Part shown: positions 24,449 to 37,100 of the stretch, in pieces
How positions within the stretch are numbered: the first letter of the stretch is position 1
How the letters are laid out: every line of letters starts with the position of its first letter
Translations under genes and position numbers: made by a program
NCBI RefSeq assembly: GCF_001949145.1
Contig: NW_019091358.1
Location: 558,961-622,960 of the forward strand
From: Acanthaster planci
Lineage: Eukaryota
DNA length: 64,000 nucleotides
Reading direction: 5' to 3'
The notes under the pieces: model-generated
Databases searched by the model: none
The model's input: only the letters and a program-made list of their open reading frames with translations
What the model was told of the DNA's origin: nothing

Positions 24449-27400
24449 TTAAGCAGTCGCAAGCCGTTCAAATGGCATGGTACAAACACATTCATTCGTC
24501 ACTTTTCTTCTGGTTACTTGTGACCGGTTCTGCAAATGGCCATGTGAAATGACTTCTGACTGAACTTGTGACCGACTCGCCCCGACTACAACAATGCCAG
24601 ATCCAGTCTCTCACTTGGGGAAAACAAAATAGCTACCGTGTGCTGGGCTGCATCAAGAGGCTTTCTACAACACTTGCTGACTCGGTCTTCTCTGACAGCC
24701 CCGTTAGGGCTACATCTGAGTAATGAGTCTACCACTGGGTTTAGGTCCTTGCCAGTTGCATGGGTACATGTGCATGCTGGCAAGAGACATAGCCAAAGAC
24801 CTATATATTACAACAAGCTCATAGTTTCTTATCAAGACAGAACAATGCTGATGATGTAGCAGGCCTAATTGTAATTCCAAGTCAGCGTTCCCTGAGTGCT
24901 TCCGTAGGTGTATTTGTGTGTGCCCATGAATGCAACTGATCTTTGGGGACAAGAAAAGGAAAAGATGCAAACCGACAATGCTGGAGGCTCATTCCTAAAT
25001 TAAAAAATTTTAAGAAAGTTTCCTGTGTTACATGCAAAATCCTTTCAGACAGGAATTTTGTAGAAACCAACCAACTACAGTAGTTGTTTCTGTACACGTT
25101 CATTCCATTTGTCACATTAGTTTAATTTCTAATCCTACTGTTCCACACAGCAGCTGGATGTGTCCAAATGAGCATGAGGAACCCATGGGCATGTCAGCAG
25201 TAGAAGCAGGAGTTTCTTGAAGAATCGTTTACATACATGTTAGTGCACCCACATATTACAACTACCAATCTGTTACAACTAGAGGTAGTAGGCCTTGCAC
25301 ATGACAACCATAATGATGTGTTTGTATATCCGATGGACATTATTTACGTGTGGAAAACAAAAATAAAGTGTAACTCTTTTTACTATTTTTGGCATTTCTT
25401 GCATCAGTTACTATGCTTTTGATTCAAACAACTACTGATTTTGCCAAAGCAATGCAATCATTTCTGCATAATGGTCACAAAAAATACGTAAAGCAAAAGT
25501 AACTGGAAAGGTATCGAAGATGAAGAGCTGAGCTGTGAGGAAACATTGTCCAAAGACCAAGAAAAAACGATATTACTGAGGTGTATTATATGTACATGTA
25601 CAACGAGTCCAAATAGAAATGTGACCCTACCCAAAGAGAGAAAAAAAGACTCCAGATCATGTTTGGCTTGACAAGCTTGCAAATGACGCACAATTGAATT
25701 CAACAGGAACCCTGGATGATTTCGTCCGCATAATGCCAACATCCTACACCACTGAGTGATGCTTTCCAATAAAGGGCGACCATTCTCTTTCTCGGGCATG
25801 TATAAAAATTAATGATCATAAAAGGCTATGTGGATCATTCTGTGGGATTCACGATTGTTTGCAAAACAAAGCCAACTGTTTTGTTTGTGAGCGATGGCCG
25901 TGCAGTGTAAAACAATATTCGACTGTATCACAGCAAATGATAATTTGCAGCGCTGAAAAAACAAAACCTTTACAATCAAAAGATTCCATTCAATTAACAG
26001 AAATCTTAAAATACATTCACAACTACCAGTATCATCTGCTTAATGGTGTCATTTAAAGAAACAATCACAGGCACTGTTAGATTATTTTAATCAGGCAGAA
26101 ATAATTAACACAAAACCTTTCTACATGAGTCTTTTGCCAACTAAAACATAAAAGAATTTTCTACATCTTTGATATCACACCAATATATAAAATTCATGAA
26201 TTCACATTTATACAGGTATATAAATTTTGCACATTAACATACTAATGAATGCCACGTTATTGCCATGAACATAATTCCTTTTTTTGTTGTCTCTTTACGT
26301 CCTTTTTTTATTCCTGAAAAGAAATCCTAGCGAACAGGCAAGCATCCGATCCTGAATCAGAGGCTTTGAACCATCTTGTGCGGTGCTCCGACTGACACCA
26401 ACCAGCAGAGACCACACTCTAGTTTGCCGTGCACAATGCGCCGCGACAGACAATCACAGCATTCAACAGTTTGGATACCCCCATTTCTAATTGTTAAGCG
26501 TATCTGGACACCATTCAAATCCCACGTAAAACCCAGGTGTGAACTCCAGAGGGCCAGCATGTCAAAGCATGCATGACAACATGTGGCAAAGGGGCACCCT
26601 TTTTCTTTTCAGATGTTTATTGAGAATGCAGTAAGTAGATTAGCCTGGTGTACACAGCTTCTGCATCACGTGGGGGATCTTTAATGCATATCACACTGGA
26701 TATCTTGTCAATGTGGCAATGTACAGTTTCAAACTAAAGTGTTGACAGCAGATCATGTGAACAGTAAAGGCCCTGCCTGAAATAGCATTCAGTGGGATGT
26801 ATACGGGTACACTACAAACCATAAACCTCTCAGCCTTTCATTCTAAGCTTCACTGGGCACATCCGGCTTCCATGCACTCTGGGCGGAGCTGCTAAAGGCA
26901 GGATCTGACAGGAGATTTCTGCCATTCAGTGTGGAACTGGAGTACATGTGGAGTCCTCTCGGTGGCGTCTAACTGTGCTGAACTAACAAACTGGAGATCG
27001 TAGAAATCCGGACGAAATTTAGACCCACAAGAAGGTCACAGCCACTTGACTCTCATTTGATGATGGCAGAGTGTGTGATAACTTTGCTAAGTGCTATATT
27101 GTCAGTTTTGGGTTACTAAATACAGTAAAAGCCACTTAAAGGTACGGTTCATTTTTTCCCTAGATGACAAATGTGGGTAACATACAATGTACACCTTTGA
27201 TGAAATATGGAGTAGACTCCCCATGACAGGACTTGTAAAATCTGTCATCACACTTAGCAGAAAATTAATATACTGTTCATGGCATGGCCACAGGTCATAT
27301 AACCGTATCAAGATCCATGAATATTCAAATCTCATAATTTACTCTTCTGTTCTACTCCAGAAAATTCTCTCTCCATTTTTTTTTTACATAGGCCTATAAA

Positions 27401-28072
27401 CAAAAGTGGTTTTGACTAATGTTTGTAGAGACGACACAGTCCCTTTATAAGATATAACCTTTTGCTGGAGTTACACAAACGTTCACAAACGGAAATCTGC
27501 AATGGACATCAAGGCAGAAAAGCTGAAGTAAAAGGTGTGGTTAAAGTGGTGGTGTCATCGTGGGTTGTTCGGAGCAGTGGTTGTTTGTTCATTTACTTTT
27601 CATCCTTAGCTTCAGTGACCATCTGAAACCACGGGTCCGAGTACATACATACAAATTAATCAGCCTGGCTTTTTGTTTCTTTGTTTTGGGAAAAAAAAAT
27701 TCTGCCCAGCACCTCTGGCAGACGTTCTCTCTGCTGTAAATGTCTGCCTCAAAACTGGCGCAGGTCACTGAAATGGATGGATTGGAACATTTGCACAAAC
27801 GCAAGCCCAGACGTAGGAACACGTACATGTATTCCGCATTAATACTGAGAGTAGTTTACCACCCGGGTGCTACCGTTCAGTGTCTGCACAAAAACCCTTC
27901 CACGCATGTGCAGCGACTTTACAGGCTATGGTCTCCGTTGCTCCCCCCCCCGGCAGCGGCTGTATATGCTGAGTCGTGTCTTATGTCCCAATCATCGCTG
28001 AGGCTGTCAGCCACTAGTCGATGGGCTAGTATGTTTGGTCTCTCCCCCAGATAAGTGAATTATCTGGTTGCT

Positions 28073-28108
28073 TCATACAACGGTCCCACCCTTCGCTGAA
28101 TGAACTCC
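28073..28108 (-). CDS. WDR20: WDR20 terminal coding exon, GVHSAKGGTVV*
   Basis: ttgtcctccag|GGA...TGA; ends in GGTVV like a vertebrate WDR20 isoform; phase 0 fits the exon 3 donor. Confidence 0.85.
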   Translation of the reverse strand, partial: GVHSAKGGTVV

Positions 28109-31100
28109 CTGGAGGACAAGAGAACATCATTGACTGGTTAACGAAGCGTCTCCACTTTCAAAACACCATTTGGCAGACTACCAGTTAGACAGCAGGGCCA
28201 GTTTGCATTCCTCCAACTAAACGGGGAGTCAGGTTGGCGTAGTGGTCCTTTCCTCGCCTTTCACCTCTACAGTCCGGGTTTGAATCCCGGCCGGGTCCAC
28301 ATGTGGATTGAGTTTTCAGTCCCTCCCTGATATTGTGGGTTTGACCCAGAACATTCCTCTGGGGTTTTCCTCCCACCTCCGAAACTGTAACTGCTTCTCT
28401 CCTCTCTACAGGTTTCTTCAGGCTTGCGAGCTACAGTGCCTAAGGAGTTTTTGCGGAATCTTTGGTGTCATTATCAGAAATGATTAAAAGTAATAAATAT
28501 AATAATAAAAACAACAAAATGTGAAACACAAAATTACACAGAAGCAGGCCCCTTCGTGTGGTATGAAAAGTAAAATGTGGCCTACTGTGAAAATTTACCC
28601 TAATTAGCTCCAACTTGCAGTAAAATAGGCAATGGTTTTTCCTCTAAGTTGACAAAGTCTGAATGCAATTTCTTGTCTTAAGACTGGCACCCTACTCCAT
28701 GTTCTGGTACAAAGGTTTGATTGTAACCACAGTTTCCTCACTTTGTACACGTACCGGTATGACATTTGTATTAAGCCCTGTCTGATTCGACTGGCTACAA
28801 GGGTAACACACAAGTATGTGCATGGGAAGTGGCTTAGGTCACAAGACAATGGCTTAGGCTGGCACAGGCATCAGTTACCGCCTTCGCTTTTCGGAAACAC
28901 AGCAACCACATTAGGAAGATGTTATTTGGTTTGGGCCATCATTTGACAATGTGGTATCCACACAAATTAAAGCACACATTCCTGTGCACCCTTCATTGCC
29001 ACAAACACACCATTGGGAAAGCTGATTCCTGGTAACATTACTGATACATATGGACACTGCAAGAGCATTTACATGTACTGTATAATGTACAAGTACTCAC
29101 CACTTTCCCTGGCCTTGCCCATGTACTGACAAAGCCCTCCTGGCATGCTGTCACTATACAGTCCTCCCTGAAGATCAAGGCAGTCAGCCTCTCCTGGGCA
29201 ATCTTCTTGGCCACGAGGGGTTCCAGCATCAGTACCTCATCCAGCCGGGGGCAGGCGCTGGTGCCCACGCGGTAGGCCTCCTCCAGCAGCCGCAGGTGCA
29301 CCTTGCTGCTGTGGGAGTGGATGCTGCTCTTGCTGCTCACGCTATCCTTCTTGTGCTTGTCCTTGTGCTTGTCCGACAGCGAGAGGTTGGAGAACTTGCT
29401 GCTGATGCTGCCGGTGTCCGGGTGGCCGGTGGCATTCCCCACGGGCTTGTGGGAGGCGATGTTGTTGGACTGCGACATGGACGTCTGTCCCACTGACAGT
29501 GCAGTGTTGGTCCGTACCCGATTCGGGGGCTGGAACATGCGCAGCGTGTCCTCGGTGAACTCCCACAGACAGAGGTTGGTGTCCTGCCCGACTGATCCGA
29601 AGCGGTACGACACCTCCGGGAGACTGTTCTCCCCACTGCTGATGACTGAGGTCCGGGAGTGGCTGCTGTAAGTCCGTTCCCGGCTGTTCATTCCGTTAAG
29701 ATCATCGTCGCTTCCACAGAATGCCTCATCGTTCGGCAGCACCGTGGTGGTGAAAGGGTCAAAGTTGACCACACTGACCCACGACCCATGGCCATGACCA
29801 CGGGCCACAACTTTCCTATCAAGAAACGACCACACTGTCACCAGATCGTCCTCCCCGCCCACAACAATATACTTATCATCTGGGCTCCAACACACACAAG
29901 ACAGTCCACCGAAGTAGCTCTTCATCGTGCCAAGCAGGTCCATTGTGTCGTAATCAAAGACTCTCAAGAATCCGTCTTGTGACACACACGCAATGTTCTT
30001 GGCCTTTGAGGAGAAGGCAAACTCGTTAAGGGCACCATCTCCCAGGACCCATCTAAAGACAGGGTTGCGCGAGGACTTGCTCTTGCAGGTGTGGATTTGA
30101 TAGCTGTCTCCTTGCTTGAGGAGCTGGTAATGGGGGGGCGTGTTTGATGGGGGAAGCCCTTCATTGTACAAGTACATCTGGCCACTCGTGTGGGCGGCCA
30201 GGAACATGTGCTCCGTCCCCGGTACCCAGGACAGGCAGGTTACCTTGGTCTTGTCGATCAGCCTCTGCAGCAAAATTAGTCAAGAAAAATTCACAGTAGC
30301 CAATGCTTTGTGTAATTCCACTAAATGTTCTTTTTTATCAGCAGCAAACATGACTACAGTGGCAGTATTAAATGATGGTGAAGGCAGACAGTCCTTGAGG
30401 CTAGGTAACTGTGGAATCCTTGTGTATTACTAACAATGACGAATGGAAAGTGCCAAGATGCAGGATTTGGGCTGCTAGTTTTCACTGTAGACGATGACAA
30501 ACATTTACAAACTTTGGCTTTAGCCCTGAGGAATTGGTGAGCTTAAAGTTGTGTTTTAGTACTGCATGAAAAAATAAATGGCTACAAATATGAGCATTTA
30601 GCTACAAATTTTGGCCATTTTTAAAAACTTGTCAGCTGGGACCTCGAGGATAGATCTACAGTGTACATGTATTACAAAACAAACCAGGTAATAACCACTT
30701 GCTGCCTGGTTTAATTTGAAGTTGCACGAGATAAAACCGGGGGATTTTCCGTTTCAAAATTTTTTAAAAAAAATCATAAGTGCATTTATCCTGAATGTTT
30801 ACAACCACACGGATGACTGTCTGGTGGCTACTCTAATTTAACAGACAACATCTATTAATGCCCGAGTATTTCAGCCAGGCCTGCTGCCTGGTAAAAAGAG
30901 CCCAGATTGCGCGGTGTTACATAAGTTTCTTTTGTTCCCAAAACTGGCACAGTGTGCTGCTGGCGTCTTTTCAATAGGGGCCAGATTAGCATGCAGCGGT
31001 ATTGTATCGCTCATCACTGGAGCGCTGGAACGCTTTTGTCCCCGGTGGTAATCCGCTCGTGCTAAATGCCACAAACAGTAGTATATATAATTTTTCCAAA

Positions 31101-34100
31101 CAATAACGGATTTCCTCTGCTATTGACAACTAAAAAAATGTTAGCAATTCCCAGCAGCTCAGTCTTTTGTTCTGAGTGCGGTCTTTTGTTATAAGGCAGC
31201 AGCTCTTTTGTCCGGTTTCAGGCATCCTGGCAGGAAATGGTTAATGTATTTTAGCCAAGATTTTGCTTCTGAGAGCTTATCAGGTAAGAAGCTCAACGAG
31301 AGGACAGCAACTAAATAGTGTCCTCCTCCAAGACAAAACGTTTGGGCAATATCTTAACCCTAACCCAATAGGGTGTATGTAAAATCCTATTGAAATCGAA
31401 GGATTTGAGACTGTTATTCGGGCTATTACATGTACCTTTGCTGTCCTTCAATGTGGAGACCCATGTGATTTTGCACATTCAAATGAAAATTAGCCACGGC
31501 TACCATACCTAACACACCATAGCACTCCTTGTAAACTTACACAACCCATGACGCTAACATACCAAGCAGGATAGGTCACAAATCTATCGTACTGTCCCTA
31601 CAAACCACATAACCGTTAAGATGACGACATCCACGCAGCAGTCTGTTGATGAGAGTGCATGTACCTTCCAATTTTCCCTCCCACTTCTTCTCTCTGTGCC
31701 CTGCCTCCGCCCTGCCAAAACATACCTCCTCATTGTAGATCTTACTGATGTCCTTACGGATGGGGTCGATGAGCTGCACCTGACCGGCAGAGAAGCCTAC
31801 CAACAGGGAGATGCTCTGGGCACTGGCCGTGAACTGGTTGATGGCGTGGCAGGTAGGCAGGGTGCCGCCCTTGTATGTCCTCTTGTCCAGAGGTTTGGTC
31901 AGATCGGCAGCCTGAAAAGCAACGGCCAATGAACGAGGAGTGAAATGCTTTGACAATTGGTTAATGGGCAGCTTCTGCTATCCAGAGAAATAGAACTTAA
32001 GGAAAAGTACATGTACATGTACACTGTACATCGCAAATTGTGAAAGTACATTAAGAGGAACCAGGCCAAGGGGAACCTTCAGGTGGTAAAATGATGAGGG
32101 TTTGTGTGCTGCATTGAATACAGCCTACATTACTCAGTTTGTGATCTTATAAACATCAAATATGGCAAATATTAGAGAGCAGGAGATTGCATACTGCAGC
32201 AGAGCAAAGCTGAACAAGACACACACATTTTGTGAAGATCACAAACAAAATGCAGTATAATTTTAAATGTCTCACCTCAAATGCATTAGGAAGAGAAAAT
32301 GTACAAATGCACACTAGCTGTATACCGGTACATGTACATCTACGGTAGAACTTTTTAGATTTTGAAAGAAAAAAGTATTGCATACAGTCACATGATCCAC
32401 CGAAATACAATTACCCATGATACTTTGCATGTACATGTACATATCGATGAGGCTTCATTAACCAAAACTCATCTCACGAAACAAAAAAAATCACATCCTC
32501 TGAGGGAAGACCTGCATCGCCAGGCCTGCGTAAATACATGTACATTGTACATGTAGGAATACATGTATTTATGTATACATGTACATACATGTGCAAGCAC
32601 TGGCAGTGTTATCCACTGGCCAGAAATAAAAGCCAGAACTGTGGTGGCACAGTCACAACGAGGTGAAAAGCCCACCTCACATGCTTGTAATGTGTGCATT
32701 GGTCAACTTGAAGAACATGCACATGGTGTGATGCCACTGTAGTACAGTGTACCAGTTCTGGCTTCCTTCAGATAAGTCTATGGGACAGAGCGGACATCCG
32801 GGAGTTTCACAAAAATACGGGTAGCAACCACACCGCGCCGATGAAAACAACTGCAACGAGCGCACGCATACGTACAGATCAAAGAAAGATTGTATAACCC
32901 AATCCTCGGACTGGCTGGTGCGTGCGTACGTCGCCAAGGTCGCTGTTTTCACCGACGCAGTAAATGTACCTGTCATTTTGCGAGAATCCCGGATGTCCGC
33001 ACTGCCCCATAGAGTTGCGAAGTGTGACGTCATTTTGAACCAGAAAGTACAGTGCAAAAGAATGGCATACATGTACGTTCACGTGCTTGTTGGTTCACAC
33101 GCTGGTTCTCGCGCTAATGCCTTTTACACACTAACTGTGCATGTGACGTATTCACTCTGGTACTCTATATGCAGATATGAGATTTACGCAGGATTGTGTA
33201 TATGCGAATTTTTTAAATCAATTAATACGCACTTGAACTGAACTATAAAAATTTATGCACAGGGAGACAACTGATTTATGCAATGTATCAGTAGACTGTA
33301 TGGTCAATGCTGTAAATTGTACATGAAAGAAAATCTTCTATTCTCACTGAGAAGGGTTTTACTACAGGGGTGTCTAGATATGTTTCAGGTGCACTGTATG
33401 GTACATGTATCCATAGGCTTCATGTGCTACATGTATACATGTACGTGTAAATGCACACTACTTTAACATCTTGGACATGCATGCATGATTCATGACGAAG
33501 TTGGACGCCCACTTCTCACATGCCCACTGAAGCCGAGGCTCTCCCAGGCACTGTTTGTCTGACAAAGAGCATGTACGCTGGCAGACCGGACCCGTCTAGA
33601 ATCCTGAACACATCCGTCCTACGAGTACACCACTGTGACGTGAGATGTGTACATGTCTCAGCGTGCAACATGTGCACGTGCTCTGGGCATGAATTCGCCT
33701 CATCGTCTAGAGAGTGGACAAACCACGAAGAAAACAAGACGGGGAGAATGAGATGGCTCTTCACTGGCCTGTCTCTCCAGACATTGTATGAGCAACTAAT
33801 CCCAGGAAAGACTTGCAGATGTACAAGTAAAGGTTACCCAGATGCCGGTAGGAGAATATGAAACAAGTGCCCGGTCTGAGGTTCATCAGGTCATGAGCAG
33901 AATAACCACCTTTTTCATTGTTGATGCTTGGTAACGGTTAAAAGTTTCCGTTATCTAAGAAAGCTCTTCAGCATTAACTGTTACATGATTGTGAACAATA
34001 CATACAGATACTAAGTACATACACTGTAACTGTCATGACTGTTGATCTTTATCATGTATCATACACGGCACACCTACATGAGCATTTGCGATCTGACTAC

Positions 34101-37100
34101 AGGCTTGAAGACAGGCCAGTGCACCGGTATTATGACATCTGGTCTTTCTTGACGAAATATAAGCAACCACACTGCATGTGAGTACTGGGTAAACTCACCA
34201 AAGAGAACTCATGTTTTCAGAGGCAAGGGAGGTTGGAAGTCCATACCAGGACAAAAGAGCCTAGATTACGGTACATCTAGGGTCCAAATTTCAGGTGAAT
34301 TATACCTTCCTGGCAACACAGATTCAACAAACTTAAAACAGTCTTGAGGTGAAATCACCAATTCTATACACTAGATTCAAGTCATGTAAAAAGTGCTACG
34401 GCGATGGATACCAGCATTTATACATGTAGGTGGTAAACACCCATATTCAAGAGGGCAATTGTACAATTAACACCTTTTTAATGATCCTGTCATTAATCCT
34501 TCACCTGTTCAACCATGAGTATTCTTAGAGGTTTACTTCTATTTTTCTCTGTTTGGGGGTCAGGGAAGTTGGACTTGAACCTACCGTAACTGATCATGAT
34601 TCCCACGATGAAATTGGAGCCAGTTCCAAACANTTTCCAATTCCACCAAAGTGTCATTGATAGCATTAATTGCAATGACATTCCTAATGGTGACAAAGTT
34701 TGGGGTTTTAGACAATGATAATTTTTGAGTAAAACGATTGCAGTTACACCATGCATCAATCTCTTTCTTGAGTATGAGTGGTTCTGAGAAGAACCGGGAA
34801 TACTTTTTATCAAGACAATTCTTGAAGCATACAGCAAGCACTGGACATCTCAGCAAACACTCACATCACTACTCAATGCAGGTGGAGACTACAGCAAAAA
34901 AGACAACTGCATTTGTACATGTGTACATGTACATGTATCTCCACTTAAAATGAAAAAAATTACATTACAATTTCTCCAGCAAGCTCTTGGACAAACACTG
35001 AGCACACAGTGTTATGAATATATAATAACATCTACAGGTACATCAGTGAAGGGCAAACCCTGTTATTAAAAGTTAACATCTCCCTGACGCCACCAACATG
35101 TACATGTACCGGTACAGTGGTTCAGTCATTAAGACATCCTCATCAGTAAGCAGGAGGTTGTGGGTTCAGGTCCAGCCCAAGTAAGCTTGTCAATTATACT
35201 CACTAGCTCTCGGACAAATACTGAGCATGCAGTGTTACAAATACGCGACGGTGAAGCAAGAGGAATTACATGTAATTTGGTCAAAGTGTATTGCCACTTG
35301 TAAAGGCAAGCACACAATGAGGTTTTCCACTATTCCTAAGTCACTACATAGGCCTAAAGTAAATTCTAAATGCAGTGGACATGTACACGTCCATACATGG
35401 AGCTGTACTACCAGGTAGCACTGTACACAAGTACACATGTACATGTAGTTCTGGGGATTACATGTACCGGTATGATGTACCGGGTACATAACGGGAATAA
35501 TTTCTCAACAAAGGAAATGTACATGTAACTGGTGTAATGGTATTCCTGCTGAATTAATTCGGTCAAAAGTCCACACTTTTATCAAGTGCATATAATAAGG
35601 TATGTACTGTCCGTACATGTACATTGTACATACATAAGCCGACTAGCACCCAACATACATGTACCTGTATACATGTATGTACATGTACATTGTACAAATG
35701 TACATGTTCACAAACTGAATCCACATTCGCTAGCATCCACGCAGGGCCATGTTCATGATTGCATTGTTTTCTTACCTCTTACCGGTGGTCTTTTTCTGAA
35801 TCCGCTGACGGGTGAAGGACACTTACATGTATTATACATGTACATAAATGCACTTGTATTGTACATGGACATGTCAAATACGTGTACACTCACCCACATG
35901 TTCATACATTCATATACATGTACAGTACGTACATGTACCGGTATGTACAGTATTCAGGTATTAGTACTAGCACATGTACATCCAGCATAAATGATTGGCC
36001 AAGCTATTATCAGCCACAAAATGGAAACTTTGCAAACTACATGTACATGTACCGTTACGTACGGTGCATGAAATGAAATACAGTATTTAGGAGATATACC
36101 GGTATTCAATAACCCAGGTACCACAGACCACAAATCTTTTACAAATCGAGACTTACATTGTACTTTTTGACAAATGGCTTAAAAAAAATGAATTACAACC
36201 ATTTTGTACACTTCCGTTTCATACCGGAAGGGCAAACCTGTTATATATAAATACCGGTACCTGTTATTATGATTATTATGATCTCACAGTGACTACAATT
36301 AGGCCTGTGCTGGGTACCCGGGTACCCGCCCGTCGATTTCAAAACCCGGTTCCATTTTTCCGGGCCGGGTACCCATAAAAAGTAAATAAATTAGGAACNT
36401 TTTCCAATTCCACCAAAGCGTCATTGATAGCATTAATTGCAATGACATTCCTAATGGTGACAAAGTTTGGGGTTTTAGACAATGATAATTTTTGAGTAAA
36501 ACGATTGCGGTCACACCATGCATCAATCTCTTTCTTGAGTATGAGTGGTTCTGAGAAGAACCGGGAATACTTTTTATCAAGACAATTCTTGAAGCATACA
36601 GCAAGCACTGGACATCTCAGCAAACACTCACATCACTACTCAATGCAGGCGGAGACTACAGCAAAAAAGACAACTGCATTTGTACATGTATACATGTACA
36701 TGTACACTTAAAATGCAAAAATTACAATTTCTCCAGCAAGCTCTTGGACAAACACTGAGCACACAGTGTTATGAATATATAATAACATCTACAGGTACAT
36801 CTGTGAAGAGCAAAACCTGTTATTAAAAGTTAACATCTCCCTGACACCACCAACATGTACATGTACCGGTACAGTGTTTCAGTCATTAAGACATCCTTAC
36901 CAGTAAGCAGGAGGTTGTGGGTTCAGGTCCAGCCCAAGTACGGTAAGCTTGTCAATTATACTCACTAGCTCTCGGACAAATACTGAGCATGCAGTGTTAC
37001 AAATATGCGACGGTGAGGAATTACATGTAATTTGGTCAAAGTGTATTGCCACTTGTAAAGGCAAGCATACAATGAGGTTTTCCAATATTCCTAAGTCACT

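Noticed and set aside
28073..28090. WDR20 -TVV tail as a ligand of the neighbouring PALS1 PDZ
   Set aside because: The PALS1 PDZ is known to bind Crumbs ERLI-type tails; adjacency alone is not evidence.
28223..28295. tRNA gene
   Set aside because: It has A and B boxes but no convincing cloverleaf, and continues into a SINE-like core and tail.
29296..30433. Several plus-strand ORFs overlapping WDR20 exon 3
   Set aside because: Antisense shadows of a GC-rich coding exon.
35400..36060. CRISPR-like or satellite array of TACATGTA
   Set aside because: Units are short and irregularly spaced, the context is eukaryotic, and there is no constant repeat-spacer period.
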